Assembly (NCBI RefSeq): GCF_947568905.1
Contig: NC_079169.1
Location: 90,148,001 to 90,212,000, forward strand
Direction of reading: 5' to 3'
DNA from: Ostrea edulis
Lineage: Eukaryota
Length of the DNA: 64,000 nucleotides
Shown here: positions 36,292 to 49,500 of the stretch, piece after piece
Position numbering within the stretch: the stretch's first letter is position 1
Layout of the letters: the number at the start of each line of letters is the position of its first letter
The notes under the pieces: generated by a model
What the model was told of the DNA's origin: nothing
Databases searched by the model: none
Seen by the model: only the letters and a program-made list of their open reading frames with translations
Made by a program: the position numbers and the translations under genes

Positions 36292-39200
36292 TGGTGTCTG
36301 ATTTGAAGCTTGCCAGAAGTTTATCTAAGAGTAATTCAAAATCCAGGGATAGATTAATCCCCGACGAAAAAGGAAGCAAACAATCTTTAAGGTCCAATCG
36401 TAGCAAAATACCCTCTGACCACAGAATTAACCAGCAAAAGAGGCCCAAATCAGAAAGTAAGACATGCAATTTTGCTAGGGAAAGTCATGATTCTTATGTC
36501 ATCAATGTTGAAGGTAACGAGACGGACACATCCAGCACTAAATTGAACATTGAATATCCAGAGTTGCGTAGGAATTCTTCTAGATCGTTATCCAGGTCAA
36601 CAGAGGGTGTTGATCAGACTGTGAAAGGAATGAAGTGTAGTTGTGGTAAATATACTACAATGGAAACGTCAAAAACCAGAACAGATAGTGAAAGACCCTA
36701 TGTAGCTACGTCTGATCAAATAATCCACGCGGAGGATATTCTTGCCGAGAAAAACATTAGAGTCCTGTCACATCCCAATTCATTAGTTGGAGTCCAGCAT
36801 ATGTCGAATCAACATGGCAGACCAATCTCAAAACTTAAAAGTGAAAGTTTTCGCAGTTTGAGTTCTAGAACACAACACGAGGACGCTATCCAAACAAAAG
36901 GATCACGACAACATACATCACAACCTACACCAGATATAGCAACCACGGACAAACGAGAGTACTGCAGAGTGTGTCAACGAAATCCAAGTTATCAATCAAT
37001 CCTTAAAACTCAACAGAGGCAGTATGTTCCTGACATTTCGTCAGGAAGAGGGAAAAGAATTTCAGCTCAAACACAGACTACTCCAACTCTCCTTTCTGTA
37101 GTAGAACGACCAATATCACCGCCACCCCCGGCACCCACATCAGAACCACCACTCTCATCACATTCTGGATTTGCACGTGTAGATAAGACCCAAAATTTCC
37201 CATCTTGTACATGGTATGCAAATCCTCTGTCAGCTCAAACACAGACTACTCCAACTCTCCTTTCTGTAGTAGAACGACCAATATCACCGCCACCCCCGGC
37301 ACCCACATCAGAACCACCACTCTCATCACATTCTGGATTTACTCGTGTAGACAAAACCCAAAATTTTCCTTCTTGTGCATTGAGTACAGGTCATTTTCTG
37401 GGCTTTGATAAGTCAGCACAAACACAGACAACTCCATCTCTACGTTCTGTGCTAGAACGACCAATACCACCACCACCACCCCTGGCACCCACATCAGAAC
37501 CACCACTCTCATCACATTCTGGATTTACTCGTGTAGACAAAACCCAAAATTTTCCTTCTTGTGCATTGAGTACAGGTCATTTTCTGGGCTTTGATAAGTC
37601 AGCACAAACACAGACAACTCCATCTCTACGTTCTGTGCTAGAACGACCAATACCACCACCACCACCCCTGGCACCCACATCAGAACCACCACTCTCATCA
37701 CATTCTGGATTTGTACGTAAAGACAAATCCCAAAATTTTCCATCTTGTGTATTGAATCTAAGTCCTGTTCTGGGCTGTGATAAGTCGGAATTTACTGATG
37801 TAAACAAGAAGCGTTTCTCATTGGAAGACTATACTGCAGATCATCAGAGAGATATGCAGGAAAGCTATTCCCATTCTCCTAGTAACGCAATTCCAAATGA
37901 TGACGTTACGTATTTACAGCAAAATGTAAGACAGGGCAGTAATCCTACAGTTTCAGTGCCACATTCAACGTCGCTCCGTGGATCTGAACGTGTTCGAAGG
38001 ATTACTTCAGACCAAGAGGAGAGGTTACAAGGAAACTACATTATTCGACCAGGAAAATCGGCCCATTATCTCCAGGATCGACTACAGGAAAACCATTCCA
38101 AATCTTCTCATTCTGAGAATTACATGAAAGCAGACGGAAAAAATATATTGTCAAATCATAAATTTTCAAATCAAGAATATGGTGATGACCCTACAAACCA
38201 GCTTTCGGGAGATGAGAAGATATGGTATATTGAGAATTACCACCCCATCGGTACTCGTATGCACGCAAGAAGAAGTTATTCACAGCCAGCAGTATCTCAC
38301 AAATCGAACGATATTTCAGATCGTAATGAAATTTACTACAACGAATACTACGCACCAAAATATTCTGAATATCTAAACAATGAGGCAGAGCATGTTGTGA
38401 TGCCTATATACAAAGTTCCAACCACACAGTCGTCAGCAAACTCGTACCAAACCACGTATCGAGAACATTTTGGAGCCTCTGGTGTGCAGAATATTAGAAA
38501 TCGAACTAGATCAGATCGTCAGTTGGTTGATTCTGGAATTGAAGTCAACGGAAGCAGAGAGACAGACTACTCAGGAGAAAGACATGGACACATCAGATCT
38601 CCACAGCCACAATATCAACAATTACGAGAGAGATATGAGAGATCTGACTACAGCTCGGACAGAGGAAGAGGACAGCGTAGACAATATGATTTCGAATCCA
38701 GATCTTCAAGTAGAGAAGGAAGGTATGACCAAAGACCCTCGAATAACCGTAATTTGGAAAATGACCAACAGGTTTTACAATTTCTTAACGAACGGGGAAG
38801 TGTCAGTAGTTTCGTGGAAACTAACCGTCGTAGTCCACAGGACGCCAGACGATCTCGTTTTAGTAAATACGATCAAAGGCGCCGCTCAGCTCCTTCGGCG
38901 TCGTTTCCTTCTGATTATGAAGAGGAAGACCTGCAGGATGACAACGATGTTATAGAGTATTTACACCAAAAGAAAACTGTTAGTGGTCTGATAGAAAACA
39001 GTCGACAGACAACGCCAAGGACTGTCACTCGGAGATGTGAAAATCGCCGCTCAAATATAGCCGACAACGAAAGAGACAGAGAAAGTGATGAAGAAGTGTT
39101 GTATAACCTCAGACAAAGAAGAAGTGTTAGCGGTAGAAGAGGAACGGATGATCGGGATGTACGAGAAAGGGTTATGCAAAATGTTAAAGAGGATTACGAA

Positions 39201-40541
39201 GATGTGATACCGCAATCCCTGGAAACAATGTCGGGCGTCAATCAAGAATTGAAATACACTAAAATGTTTGCGACGAATTCTACTGTATACCCACCAACTG
39301 CCGCAAAAATAGGAGAGCGAAAGGACATAAGAGTACCCATTATGTCAAAAAATGTGTTTTCTCCACCATCTGCGAGCAGAGAAAATACGCAACAGAGGCA
39401 TACTGCAGAAAATGACGACCCTACAACGCGTTATCAAGATTACTTGAGGAGAAGTATGATTCGTTGGCCCGTGAGAGACATTGACATCAGGCGGTCAAGA
39501 GATGCCCTAAAAGGAAATAGATTGCAAGAGTTGTTGAACAAAGACAATACATCGTTTGAGCAACCTCGAGACCAAACACATGCAGCTCGCACTCCATCAA
39601 GAAAAGCATACGCAAGAGGTCACCATGGAAACAACAATAATATAGGATCAAGAGCGTATCTAAATGACACACGGGAAGAAACCTATGACTATTCCCAAAA
39701 CCATATCAATCGAAGAGAGGGGATTCAGTATAATGAAGAACCTTATTGTGATAGAAATGAAACGTTTACTGGGGATGAAAAAAATAGTTTTCTGGAGCAA
39801 GTAGAACAAAGAGGTAACAATAACAGGATGGCTTATCAGAGCAGAAATTCGCGAATGAGAGAACGATCACAAACTTCATCTGAAAGAGCCAAAGATCTTC
39901 CATGGAACGCATTGCAAAACATATCTCAATTAGGAAACGATAGTAGTTTAGACAACGGAAGACTCAATCCGAAACACAGCACTCCAAAGGCGTCTCCCAT
40001 TGATCCAGAGCTACACAGAATTTGGGAAAATCGAAATAATCAAGAGTCGGGGTCTCTGCTAGAACGTCTGCGCAACAGTCAGACGATTCAGGATAAGTTT
40101 TTCTCTAGATCTGATAATTTAGAAAACACTGAAACGGGAGGTGACGTAGACTGCGACAATTGGAATACAGATGCTGAGTCCAGAGTGGGTAGAAGACGTA
40201 GCAGGGAGAGAGCACTCCACAACCAACAAATCGTCTATAACAATCAGGCCGAACACGTGTCGAGATCCGGGAACATCGGTAATAGTAGCGCACAAACATT
40301 GACTTCTCTTCACGGTGTACCTTCTGCGAGTTTCCACAACAGAGTATCTTCAGCTTTTTTGGGACCCCAAAGCTTACTTGGAGATAAGCAGGAGGCCCAG
40401 AGACAATCATTTATCGGTTGTCACAAGTCGGGTGGAAACACTGTGTATCCTACCGGTCGCAAAAGACAATTCCCGAGAAATTCGGATGCAATTAACTCTG
40501 AAGAATCCAACCAAAGAAATTTTCCACCTCGCGAATATTGA
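36292..40541 (+). CDS. EGF-TM gene exon 7: 4.25-kb terminal exon encoding a Ser/Arg/Pro/Asp-rich disordered region
   Basis: Uninterrupted 1424-codon frame (the track's TTG start is not a plausible eukaryotic start). Pyrimidine-rich acceptor TTTCCCTCTATTTCAG at 36291 needs phase 1, matching the exon 6 donor (T+TG = Leu). The spliced CDS is 4917 nt = 1638 aa plus stop. Confidence in coding status is high; confidence in the join is moderate. Confidence 0.85.
37062..37784 (+). repeat. Four in-frame coding repeats (168/183/186/186 bp) with SAQTQT and polyproline motifs
   Basis: Units start at 37062, 37230, 37413 and 37599. All length differences are multiples of 3. Confidence 0.92.
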
Positions 40542-41314
40542 TTTTTGTAAATCTTTGCTTGTCGTTCAATGATGTTATATTTATGCCAAATTCAATATAT
40601 GATGCCAGGCGGAAAATAGCTTTTTGGCATTTGGAAGTTTCATTATTTGAAAATAAATATTATGTCAGCTTAATTCACATACAAAAAATCAGAAATCACT
40701 TTATGTTTATACCTTTCTTAAGGACAAGAAACCGTTCGATGACCATTTGTGATCCGTTTCCGCTTGTTGTGCACATTTCATTGTTTGTCGATTGAAGCGT
40801 TGCTTTTTAACATTCCAACTTTTTTCAGTGACTCTAGGGCAAGTTGTTGAAGAAAATATATGTTCGTGCAGTTATAAATAAGTAACACACTTTGAATTTG
40901 GATGGTAAATAATCATGGAAAATCTATGAAAATCGCTTAAGGTCTTAGGATACCCAAGATTTTGGAAGCATCAAATGAAGTAGGATTTTGCTGTGTTTAC
41001 GTGGGATTTTCTTTTATTTGATCAAATAATAATGTAGATGCCATCAATACATGAAATGCACCGTTTATGAAGAATTTCAATTTTTGGATAATGTTTTTCA
41101 AAGTAAAGATTTGTGAATAGTGCAAAAATAAAGGTGGTTTCATGGGGAAAATTTTGTGATAAATATTGACTTTTAGCAATATTAAAACATTACAAGTAGT
41201 TTTACCAAATACTACATCAATGTTTTTGGGGTATTCTTTGCTACAATAATGTAATGTAGAATTATTATTACCCTTTATTAGGGGATGGTATGGTATAGAC
41301 CTCTACTATTATTA

Positions 41315-41892
41315 TAATCCGAGATTCCTCTGACTCTTAACCCCGCTTTTATTTTGTGACTTCTGCGGGGGAGAGTCAGAGCGGACTCCATATTGAAAAG
41401 TGGGAATTCAGCGACACCAGCTGGTGTCGCTGCTTTACCTACCTCTTACAACTTTATTTCGCGGACTCATCTTCCAAGACGCGAGGATTCAGTTATCGGA
41501 AGATTATTCTACAAATACATCATGATTAATATGATGCTATCGCCGTTTAAACGGCCCTAACACCGACAAATGGAGCATCACTTGAATGAAGTCGCCGCCT
41601 CGCCATTTGATTTCTTTGCGCATGACGTCAGCACATGTAAACACAAAATTCCATCCTTTAAACGGCGATAGCATCGTATTAATCATGATGTATTTGTAGA
41701 ATAATCTTCCGATAACTGAATCCTCGCGTCTTGGAAGATGGGTCCGCGAAATAAAGTTGTAAGAGGTAGGTAAAGCAGCGACACCAGCTGGTGTCGCTGA
41801 ATTCCCACTTTTCAATATGGAGTCCGCTCTGACTCTCCCCCGCACATGTCAAATATAAAAGCGGGGTTAAGAGTCAGAGGAATCTCGGATTA
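41315..41892. mobile_element. 578-bp MITE with ~237-bp TIRs and 9-bp TSD (AcademH-like)
   Basis: Arms 41315-41551 / 41657-41892; termini TAATC...GATTA; TSD CTATTATTA (41306-41314, 41893-41901). Confidence 0.92.
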
Positions 41893-42466
41893 CTATTATT
41901 ATTACAGACAAAATCACCAGTTCTTGCGCTCGGTCGCACGTGTGTAGAATGAAAACAAAGCTTTGTTGTCCATTCCCGTTTCAAACAATACAAGTGCACC
42001 TCATTCGATGCCAAAGAAGTCGATCTTGTCTCTAATGTGGTTGATATCACCAAACAGACACAAAAAAATATTCCAAGTGCGGGACTTTTCAACAACTTTT
42101 CTTTCAGTAATTGTACTTTCAATTTCACGAAGTGACAACATGGCCGACTAGCACCGTAAACTATACCTACACTGTTTGCAATTAGATAGATTTGAAAAAG
42201 AGCTCTTTAAACCCAGTTCAGATTGTACAACTTTGTTCATAAGTTGATATTTATGATATTTAATTGAAAACCAATTCAAGAATTGGACTACTATATTTTT
42301 TCAGCATTTCGCACTTTTTCTTTTATGTTACGACATCACATTTTTGCTTTCCATGTCTAATTGCTACTTACCCAAAGAATTAGGCGGGAGATTTAAGATA
42401 TAAATAATAAATGCACACATTAAAAGGGTTTCAAAAATGTAAATATAAGGAATGGATTATTATTTT

Positions 42467-42765
42467 TTGAAAGATGTAGTCTCATAACTGCAACGATATG
42501 TACAACAGATTTTAGTCTCATAACTACAACGGTATGTACAACAGATTTTAGTCTCATAACTACAACGGTATGTACAACAGAAAGATGTAGTCTCATAACT
42601 ACAACGGTATGTACAACAGAAAGATGTAGTCTCATAACTACAACGGTATGTACAACAGAAAGATGTAGTCTCATAACTACAACGGTATGTACAACAGATT
42701 TTCATAACGCGTGTTATTCAATGTGTATGCACACACAATTGCAGTTATGAGACTACACCTTTCAA
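42467..42765. repeat. 36/39-bp tandem array (6 units) with an inverted copy of the unit at 42739-42765
   Basis: TAGTCTCATAACTACAACGGTATGTACAACAG(ATTT/AAAGATG) repeated from 42477 to 42701; TTGCAGTTATGAGACTACACCTTTCAA inverted. Confidence 0.85.
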
Positions 42766-43126
42766 GTACATGTACTATTAAATCATTGCTTAAATGTAGT
42801 TAAAACATATTTCCGTTTTTTTATGCTGGTAATTTATTTTTTCTCATCAAGTTCAGATACTGAAGCATTATAAGTACTGAGATGTATAAAAGTGTGCATT
42901 GACACAGTTTAATGTCCGTCAGCCACCTGTGTTTACTTCTAAACGACAACAACACTACATTTACCCTGGACGTTTGATGTGGATCATCTTGTTTCATGAA
43001 ATGCTTGTGTGCAACAATAGCCCAGATATTGCATGCAACAATTCTACAAGACTTTGGAATATTGTATTAAACAAATGACGACCTACACAGGCTTTGAAGC
43101 GGGTTCTTAAATTTTTCTAATTTTCC

Positions 43127-43166
<40 letters not shown>

Positions 43167-43429
43167 TATCTGAGGCCCTTATTTTCCTTATTTTTTAAAG
43201 CTCTAAAATCCTAACAAAACCCTTATATTTTCAGGAAAATCCTTATTTTACAATTTTAGGGTTTTTTCGATAAGCAAAACTTGCTGAAAAGTTGAAAAGT
43301 AATCAAATCAAGCCGTAATATACTTTCAGAGTGATTGTGTTGAATCAATGTATTTCTCTGAAGACATTTAGTGGTTATCAGCTTGTATAATCTGCTATGA
43401 TGGTAATTTGCTTTTGTATTTTATGTTTT

Positions 43430-43609
43430 CACATTGTAGTTCAGTGTCTCTTGTTCCACACCACGGGAAAAATCCCCGAAAAAATACCTCCTGTAAAAAT
43501 TAATGATTTTATTTTGCGTTATATGTTTTAAAAATCATTAATTTTTACAGGAGGTAAATTTTCGGGAATTTCCCGTGGTGTGGAACAAGAGACACTGAAC
43601 TACAATGTG
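43430..43609. mobile_element. 180-bp near-palindromic MITE-like element (CAC...GTG termini)
   Basis: CACATTGTAGTTCAGTGTCTCTTGTTCCACACCACGGGA...TCCCGTGGTGTGGAACAAGAGACACTGAACTACAATGTG. At most a TT duplication at the flanks. Confidence 0.7.
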
Positions 43610-43973
43610 TTAACTTTTTCCATAAATATGAAATTGAATTCCTGTGAACATGTTTTTATCATTATTTTTTATATTTAACTCCGGTCCCGACAAATAGAAA
43701 GTATCATGTTTAAAACAAAAGGATATGTGACAAACACTAGAAACTGTTTATTGTGTTAAGAATTATCTTGTAAATTGAAGAAAGAAATCTGCTTTAAACG
43801 AAACTTTTACTAGTACATTAATTTTACATGTATATTTAACCTAAGTAAACCAAAACATGACACAGTTCTTGTTTGCATAACAGAGATTATGAGCTCTGTA
43901 AATGTGGAGGTACAAGATTTGAATTTTCATAGAAAAATTTGCAATGTAAGTCGAAGATTTTTAACTTTGATTT

Positions 43974-43976
<3 letters not shown>

Positions 43977-44029
<53 letters not shown>
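43977..44029. repeat. (CT)n microsatellite
   Basis: About 26 CT units. Confidence 0.95.
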
Positions 44030-44036
<7 letters not shown>

Positions 44037-46248
44037 GAGAGGGGATGTTTCTTTCACAATTAGCGATATTTAACTCTGATCACGACAAATTGCAGACTCG
44101 ACCTTTGCTGCCCTTTATTATAGTAATATTTACGAATTCATCGCTCGTGTCTATCTCATCCTTCCAAGACAAGATTGCTAGATGAGATTGGTATGCTAGT
44201 AATATTTTTTCTGAATATTCAATTCTATCAGAAACATGTTAGGATTTTTAAAAAGAAATGTACTAACAATTTAAATGTTTCATTTTACTAATTTATTTAT
44301 GAGCGAAAGGTTTCAGCGATCTTTGTATCTGATGGAAGTTTGGCGGTTATTTCTTTGTCAATAGTCTCTCTTCGGTCATTTGTTTTTCATCTTGTACAAA
44401 TCAGAACTAATTATTCTATTTAAAACACTTGGGAGAATTTTCCCATTTGAATACCATTTTTAGAAGAAATTATCCAGAGGTATTTTTTTTTTCTATCTTG
44501 GACAATGATATAATTTTGACAGGACTGAAAATTCCACCATTTTTCCTACATGTATTGTGAGAAACATACACCTTACAACTTTATAACAAATATTTGTTAT
44601 CCTTCAAACATGTCTAGGTTCAACCACGAACTATAAGAAACCGATAAAAAAAAATCTCATAAGCAATTTTCATTCCTCCCAGTATTATCAACATGAACAG
44701 TAGCAAAATGCCTGGACTTTGCCGTGTTCAGATCTGTAACCTTTTTGTTGTGTCGGTGTATTTCATTTCTCGATAAAAAGCGTAACATAAAAACTTATTA
44801 TGTCGTGAAAAACTGCTGGGATAAAATGACAACGATTTAAATACAAGCATAAACGTGTTGTGTGGGATATAAATCAAGGAAATCTGCATAAACTACTTTT
44901 CCTTTTAGAAATACTATTCAGAAAAAGGACAAACTAAAAAATATATAGGCCGTCAGTACTGGCAAAATGTTTCGATTATTGCATATTACTTCATTTTGAT
45001 GATTTGTCAACATAATTTGTTAAATTCTAAACAGAGACCGTGAAAGCCTTCTAACACTCCATGAACCCCTAACTAGGCAGTATATGCGTGTATATTTCTT
45101 GTAGATACAGGAACGATAAATCTAAAACTATCTAAGGTAATATTTGTATCATATTGAGTTACTGTTCTTTGCTTGCTTTATCGACGTGAGAGAAACCTGT
45201 CTTATTTTACCCACAGTGCAAATATTCCTACAATACTGTGTATGCAACTATTTTAATGAAAGACATTTGTATTCTAATTCTTAAATAAATACCTGGTTAT
45301 ATCGATTTTGTTACCTTCCTTATGCGAAAAAAAAAAAGAACAGAAATTAGTTCGATATGATGAACCAAAGTTTGCCAAATTTCTGTGAAGCATCGCTTTT
45401 TCATCCAAACATGCACTATTATCTGAAAACAATAGCGAATTCGCACCTGCGAGTTTCTCATTTAGAGCGTGTTTGGATGACATCTGTAACCTTCGAACAC
45501 CCAAAGTGCAAACTGGGAAAATAAATGAACCACTCAAATTAGCAGACGTGAGATATTGCGATACGTGTATACACCATTATGTCTTGTTTGAACGCTTGTT
45601 TATCCGCCGTGAAAACAATACAAAAGATTAAGAGAACATTCCATTTTATCGGTATTAAATTCACTCATCACATCAAAAGATTATACCCCCAAAACAACCT
45701 ACTTCTCGCGCGGATGGGGATCTTTGTTTACCCCCTCCTTCCGTGGAGCATGTAAAATTTAGCTCTACGCCTCGAACAAGTACTGTGTGGTTTTTTGTCT
45801 TTAATTAGACAAATATTTGAACATTTTCTTTGGCTAAGACAGTTGCAGGGTAATTATGAGCATTATAGTTTGTTGGTTTCTTACACCAAGGTATCATTAT
45901 GACAAAACACCCCCCTGGATTAACCTCGGAAACACAGGTGTGAAATTCTTATCTGTTGGGTGGAAATCAACAGGACTGTATTGAGAATCCGTCTGTGAAT
46001 ATCGTCTATCATATCTTTGAATACTCAAAATGTTGCGACGTAAATGCTGTATATGTACGTTGTATTTTACGCCACGAGTTTGTCTTTTCACAGGGTGTGT
46101 TATAATTTGTCATGTGCTCAGTGAAAATTGTAAAGTATGTTGATTGTACTTGTATTAATTTTCTACGCGTATATTTGAACACTAGGGTTAGCTGTTTATT
46201 TCTGTTAATTCTTTTAATTAACTTTTATTTCTCTACATTACTTCTGGG

Positions 46249-46249
<1 letters not shown>

Positions 46250-46296
<47 letters not shown>

Positions 46297-46331
46297 TAAT
46301 TATTTTATTAACTTTTATATACATTACTTCT

Positions 46332-46386
<55 letters not shown>

Positions 46387-46552
46387 TAATTATTTTATTA
46401 ACTTTTAACTTTTGTATACATTACCTCTGCTCTCTCTCTCTCTCTTAATTATTTTATTAACTTTTATATACATTACTTCTCTCTCTCTCTCTCTCTCTCC
46501 GTTAATTATTTTATTAACTTTTATATACCTTACTTCTCTCTCTCTCTCTCTT
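46250..46552. repeat. Compound (CT)n microsatellite / minisatellite
   Basis: CT runs separated by about 4 copies of GTTAATTATTTTATTAACTTTTATATACATTACTT. Confidence 0.9.
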
Positions 46553-49500
46553 CATTTTTTATTTGAGATCGCCATGATAAAATTGTCTTACATACATGTA
46601 TCAGCATTGGTCTGCGGCCTGCTCTGTATACATGTACTGTTTTTATCTAACCGTGTAGTCACGTGTCGTGATTCTTTTAATTATTGAGGAATTCTTTTTT
46701 GACTAGTTGATTAGATCCTTATAAACAAAGATAGATCTGGGATCTGATGCATGCACATTGGTTTTTTTTTTTTTTTTTTGCAGAACATTATGAGAGTTTG
46801 GCAATTTGAAATAAAACGACGATGATATTTATTCAAATTTGCGTCCCATTTTGCATGCGTTGCATAAAGTATATGTTAATAGATATATTATCCAATTATC
46901 AAAGTCTAAAAATACAAAGAATTTTAATATGAATTCATATAGAATATAAAAAAAAACCAAAAACCGAGTTAACTGTTATTCATACATGCAACTTTCCAAA
47001 TTCTCACGTATTTGTGCATAGAACATGGTTGGCCGCCTATCACATTTTGATACTCACACAGAGACATGTGTATAATGCGTTTTGTCTGTAGTATCTCTAC
47101 AAATTGTAATGCTGAATATCTCGATAGAAATGAACATTGAATGTAAATAAAAGGAGTAATACATGAGGGTATGAACTGTAATGATTAAAACCGGTACAGC
47201 TGTGGTTACGTGCACGTTTCTGGTACTGGGACATGAAGTGTTACAAATATAAGAAAAATTCAAAGTACCTTAATTTAAAAAAAAAAGTGATATTTTTGTG
47301 TTGTTCTAATCTTCACCTATCCATTTTTCAAACATTGGACCTACAGCTTACCAAGTTTTTAAAACTGAGAGAGACAAACATGCAGATATTCTTTTTTCTT
47401 TGTTCATAACTCGTGTCTTTCCCACCAGGAAAAGAATCCCCAGACAAGAAATGTCGTCAGTAAAATAGCATAATCTTATCAAAGATATACACAATGTATC
47501 TGTAAAGTAATTTGAAGATTTATACAGTTTGTCTTCATAACAGATGGACACCACACAAAGGAAAAGTAATTGATTTCGAATTTATCGGTTAAACTCCACA
47601 GTTATTGCAAATAAATTGTTTTATTTTATTTAATATTTAAAGCAGATTTAATTTGTAGGATCAAGTGACTTATACTTCTTATCAGCTCCCCCCCCCCCCC
47701 TATATTTTGAAAATGTTTTTTCTTTTCTTATTTCAATTCAAATGAAACAGAATATTTCTTCTAAAAACAAAACTTAAAGATATTTTTTTCATTAAAAATA
47801 ATAATGAAAAACTTGTTATAGCTAGTATTCTCTACTTTTAGACAGCAAACACATGATGACCATTAATATGTAAACCCATCCCTCCACCCCCACCCCCCAA
47901 AGTACATGTAACATCTTTGCTTAAAAAAAATTCAGACTATCGTTAAAACAAAACACATTAACATCTTTAGTTTTAAGAACACACATATGATGTTGGTATA
48001 GTTAGAATTTAAATTGTACATAGATTTATTTGATACCAATAATAAAACAGTAATGCTCATATTATAATACAAAAAGGGTATTGAAAACAATAACCTTGAA
48101 ATAATCCATTATCAAAAGCATGCATATTGTACTTCATGGAGCGCCTACGCCCTTCATGCCGACGTTAAGCGTCTCCTGTATTTTCAAATCTGAAATTTAT
48201 TTCCGTAATAGATAGATAGGTAATTATACACACACCAACTTATGAAGTGTGTGTGTGAATGTTTTCATATTTAAAAGAGTTTTGGAGTGAGTGCTGGACT
48301 TGGTTTTTTGCGACACACTAAAGGTTTTTCGATGCGGTGTTTTAAAAGTGCTATGACATTGTATGGTGGAATTGTTCAATTCAACCAAATAGGCAATGAC
48401 GTTCATTGTGCGCTCTTTTAAAGCTATACTATACTTACATTTTTATTTGAATGTAGCATATTAGAATAAATATCAATAATAGAAAGGGGAGACTGTGAAG
48501 AATCGTGTGATAAGAAAATTAATTAGGGTATCGCTCCATACACTGTATCCACATACCTAGTACAACGGCGTGCTTACACGACAGTACATTAGTAAAACGT
48601 GCAGTATAAATGACGTTTATTGAACATCATTTGTTGACAAACAACCTCATGTTTACGCCTCTCGTGTACTGACATTTGACAAAACAACATCAGTGTTCTT
48701 GTCCGCTGTCCGTGTTCTCTGGCTGACCAGTATGTCCTCTGTCCAGTGTCATCTGCTGTAGCTAATGAGGACAGTAAAACCAACTCGTGTTTTATCATGA
48801 TTGAGAAATTAAAAAATCTGGTTAACAAGATGTCAGAATCCCTCATATACACAGATGATTTACTTTATTAAAAGCTTGATGCGTTAGTCCTCGGATACAG
48901 ATTAGCCGTAAAAGAAATTGCTACACTAGGCTTTTTCTATATAACGCGAAATAGGAACGAGTATTAACGTCAATGTAAGTGGCTATTTGAGTAAATGAAT
49001 GAGGGTCATCGTGAAGGAAGCAATAAGATAGAAAACATTTTAGAGACAGTCAACTTGTATAAAGGGCTAATGAACAAAAGGGCATTAAATAACAATGCAT
49101 TTGATTGGACTTTTCGGACATATCCTATCTATCAATGTAACATTTCAAAAGCAGATTTGTGATGAATGTCAAATATTTGTAATGAGGTCCCCTATCAGTA
49201 TACACAAGTATCTTTGATTTTCAAACGACTTTCATTGATGTGAATTTTCGTTCGTTATAAATGCAATATTTTATTTTTTATTAATCCTTTGACTTCTATT
49301 TTGCTTCGAGAAATCTGTAAACTAAAAACAAAAACCGTAGTTGATAAATCATTCGTAATTGAGGGGAATCTAGCGATTTTGATTAATCAGATACCCATAA
49401 AATGTGCTAATTACAACAAAATGAACAATATTTTTTTAATCTAAAATGACTTAATTTTACAGGATTATTGACAGATGTAGGCCTTCATTACACTCTGACA

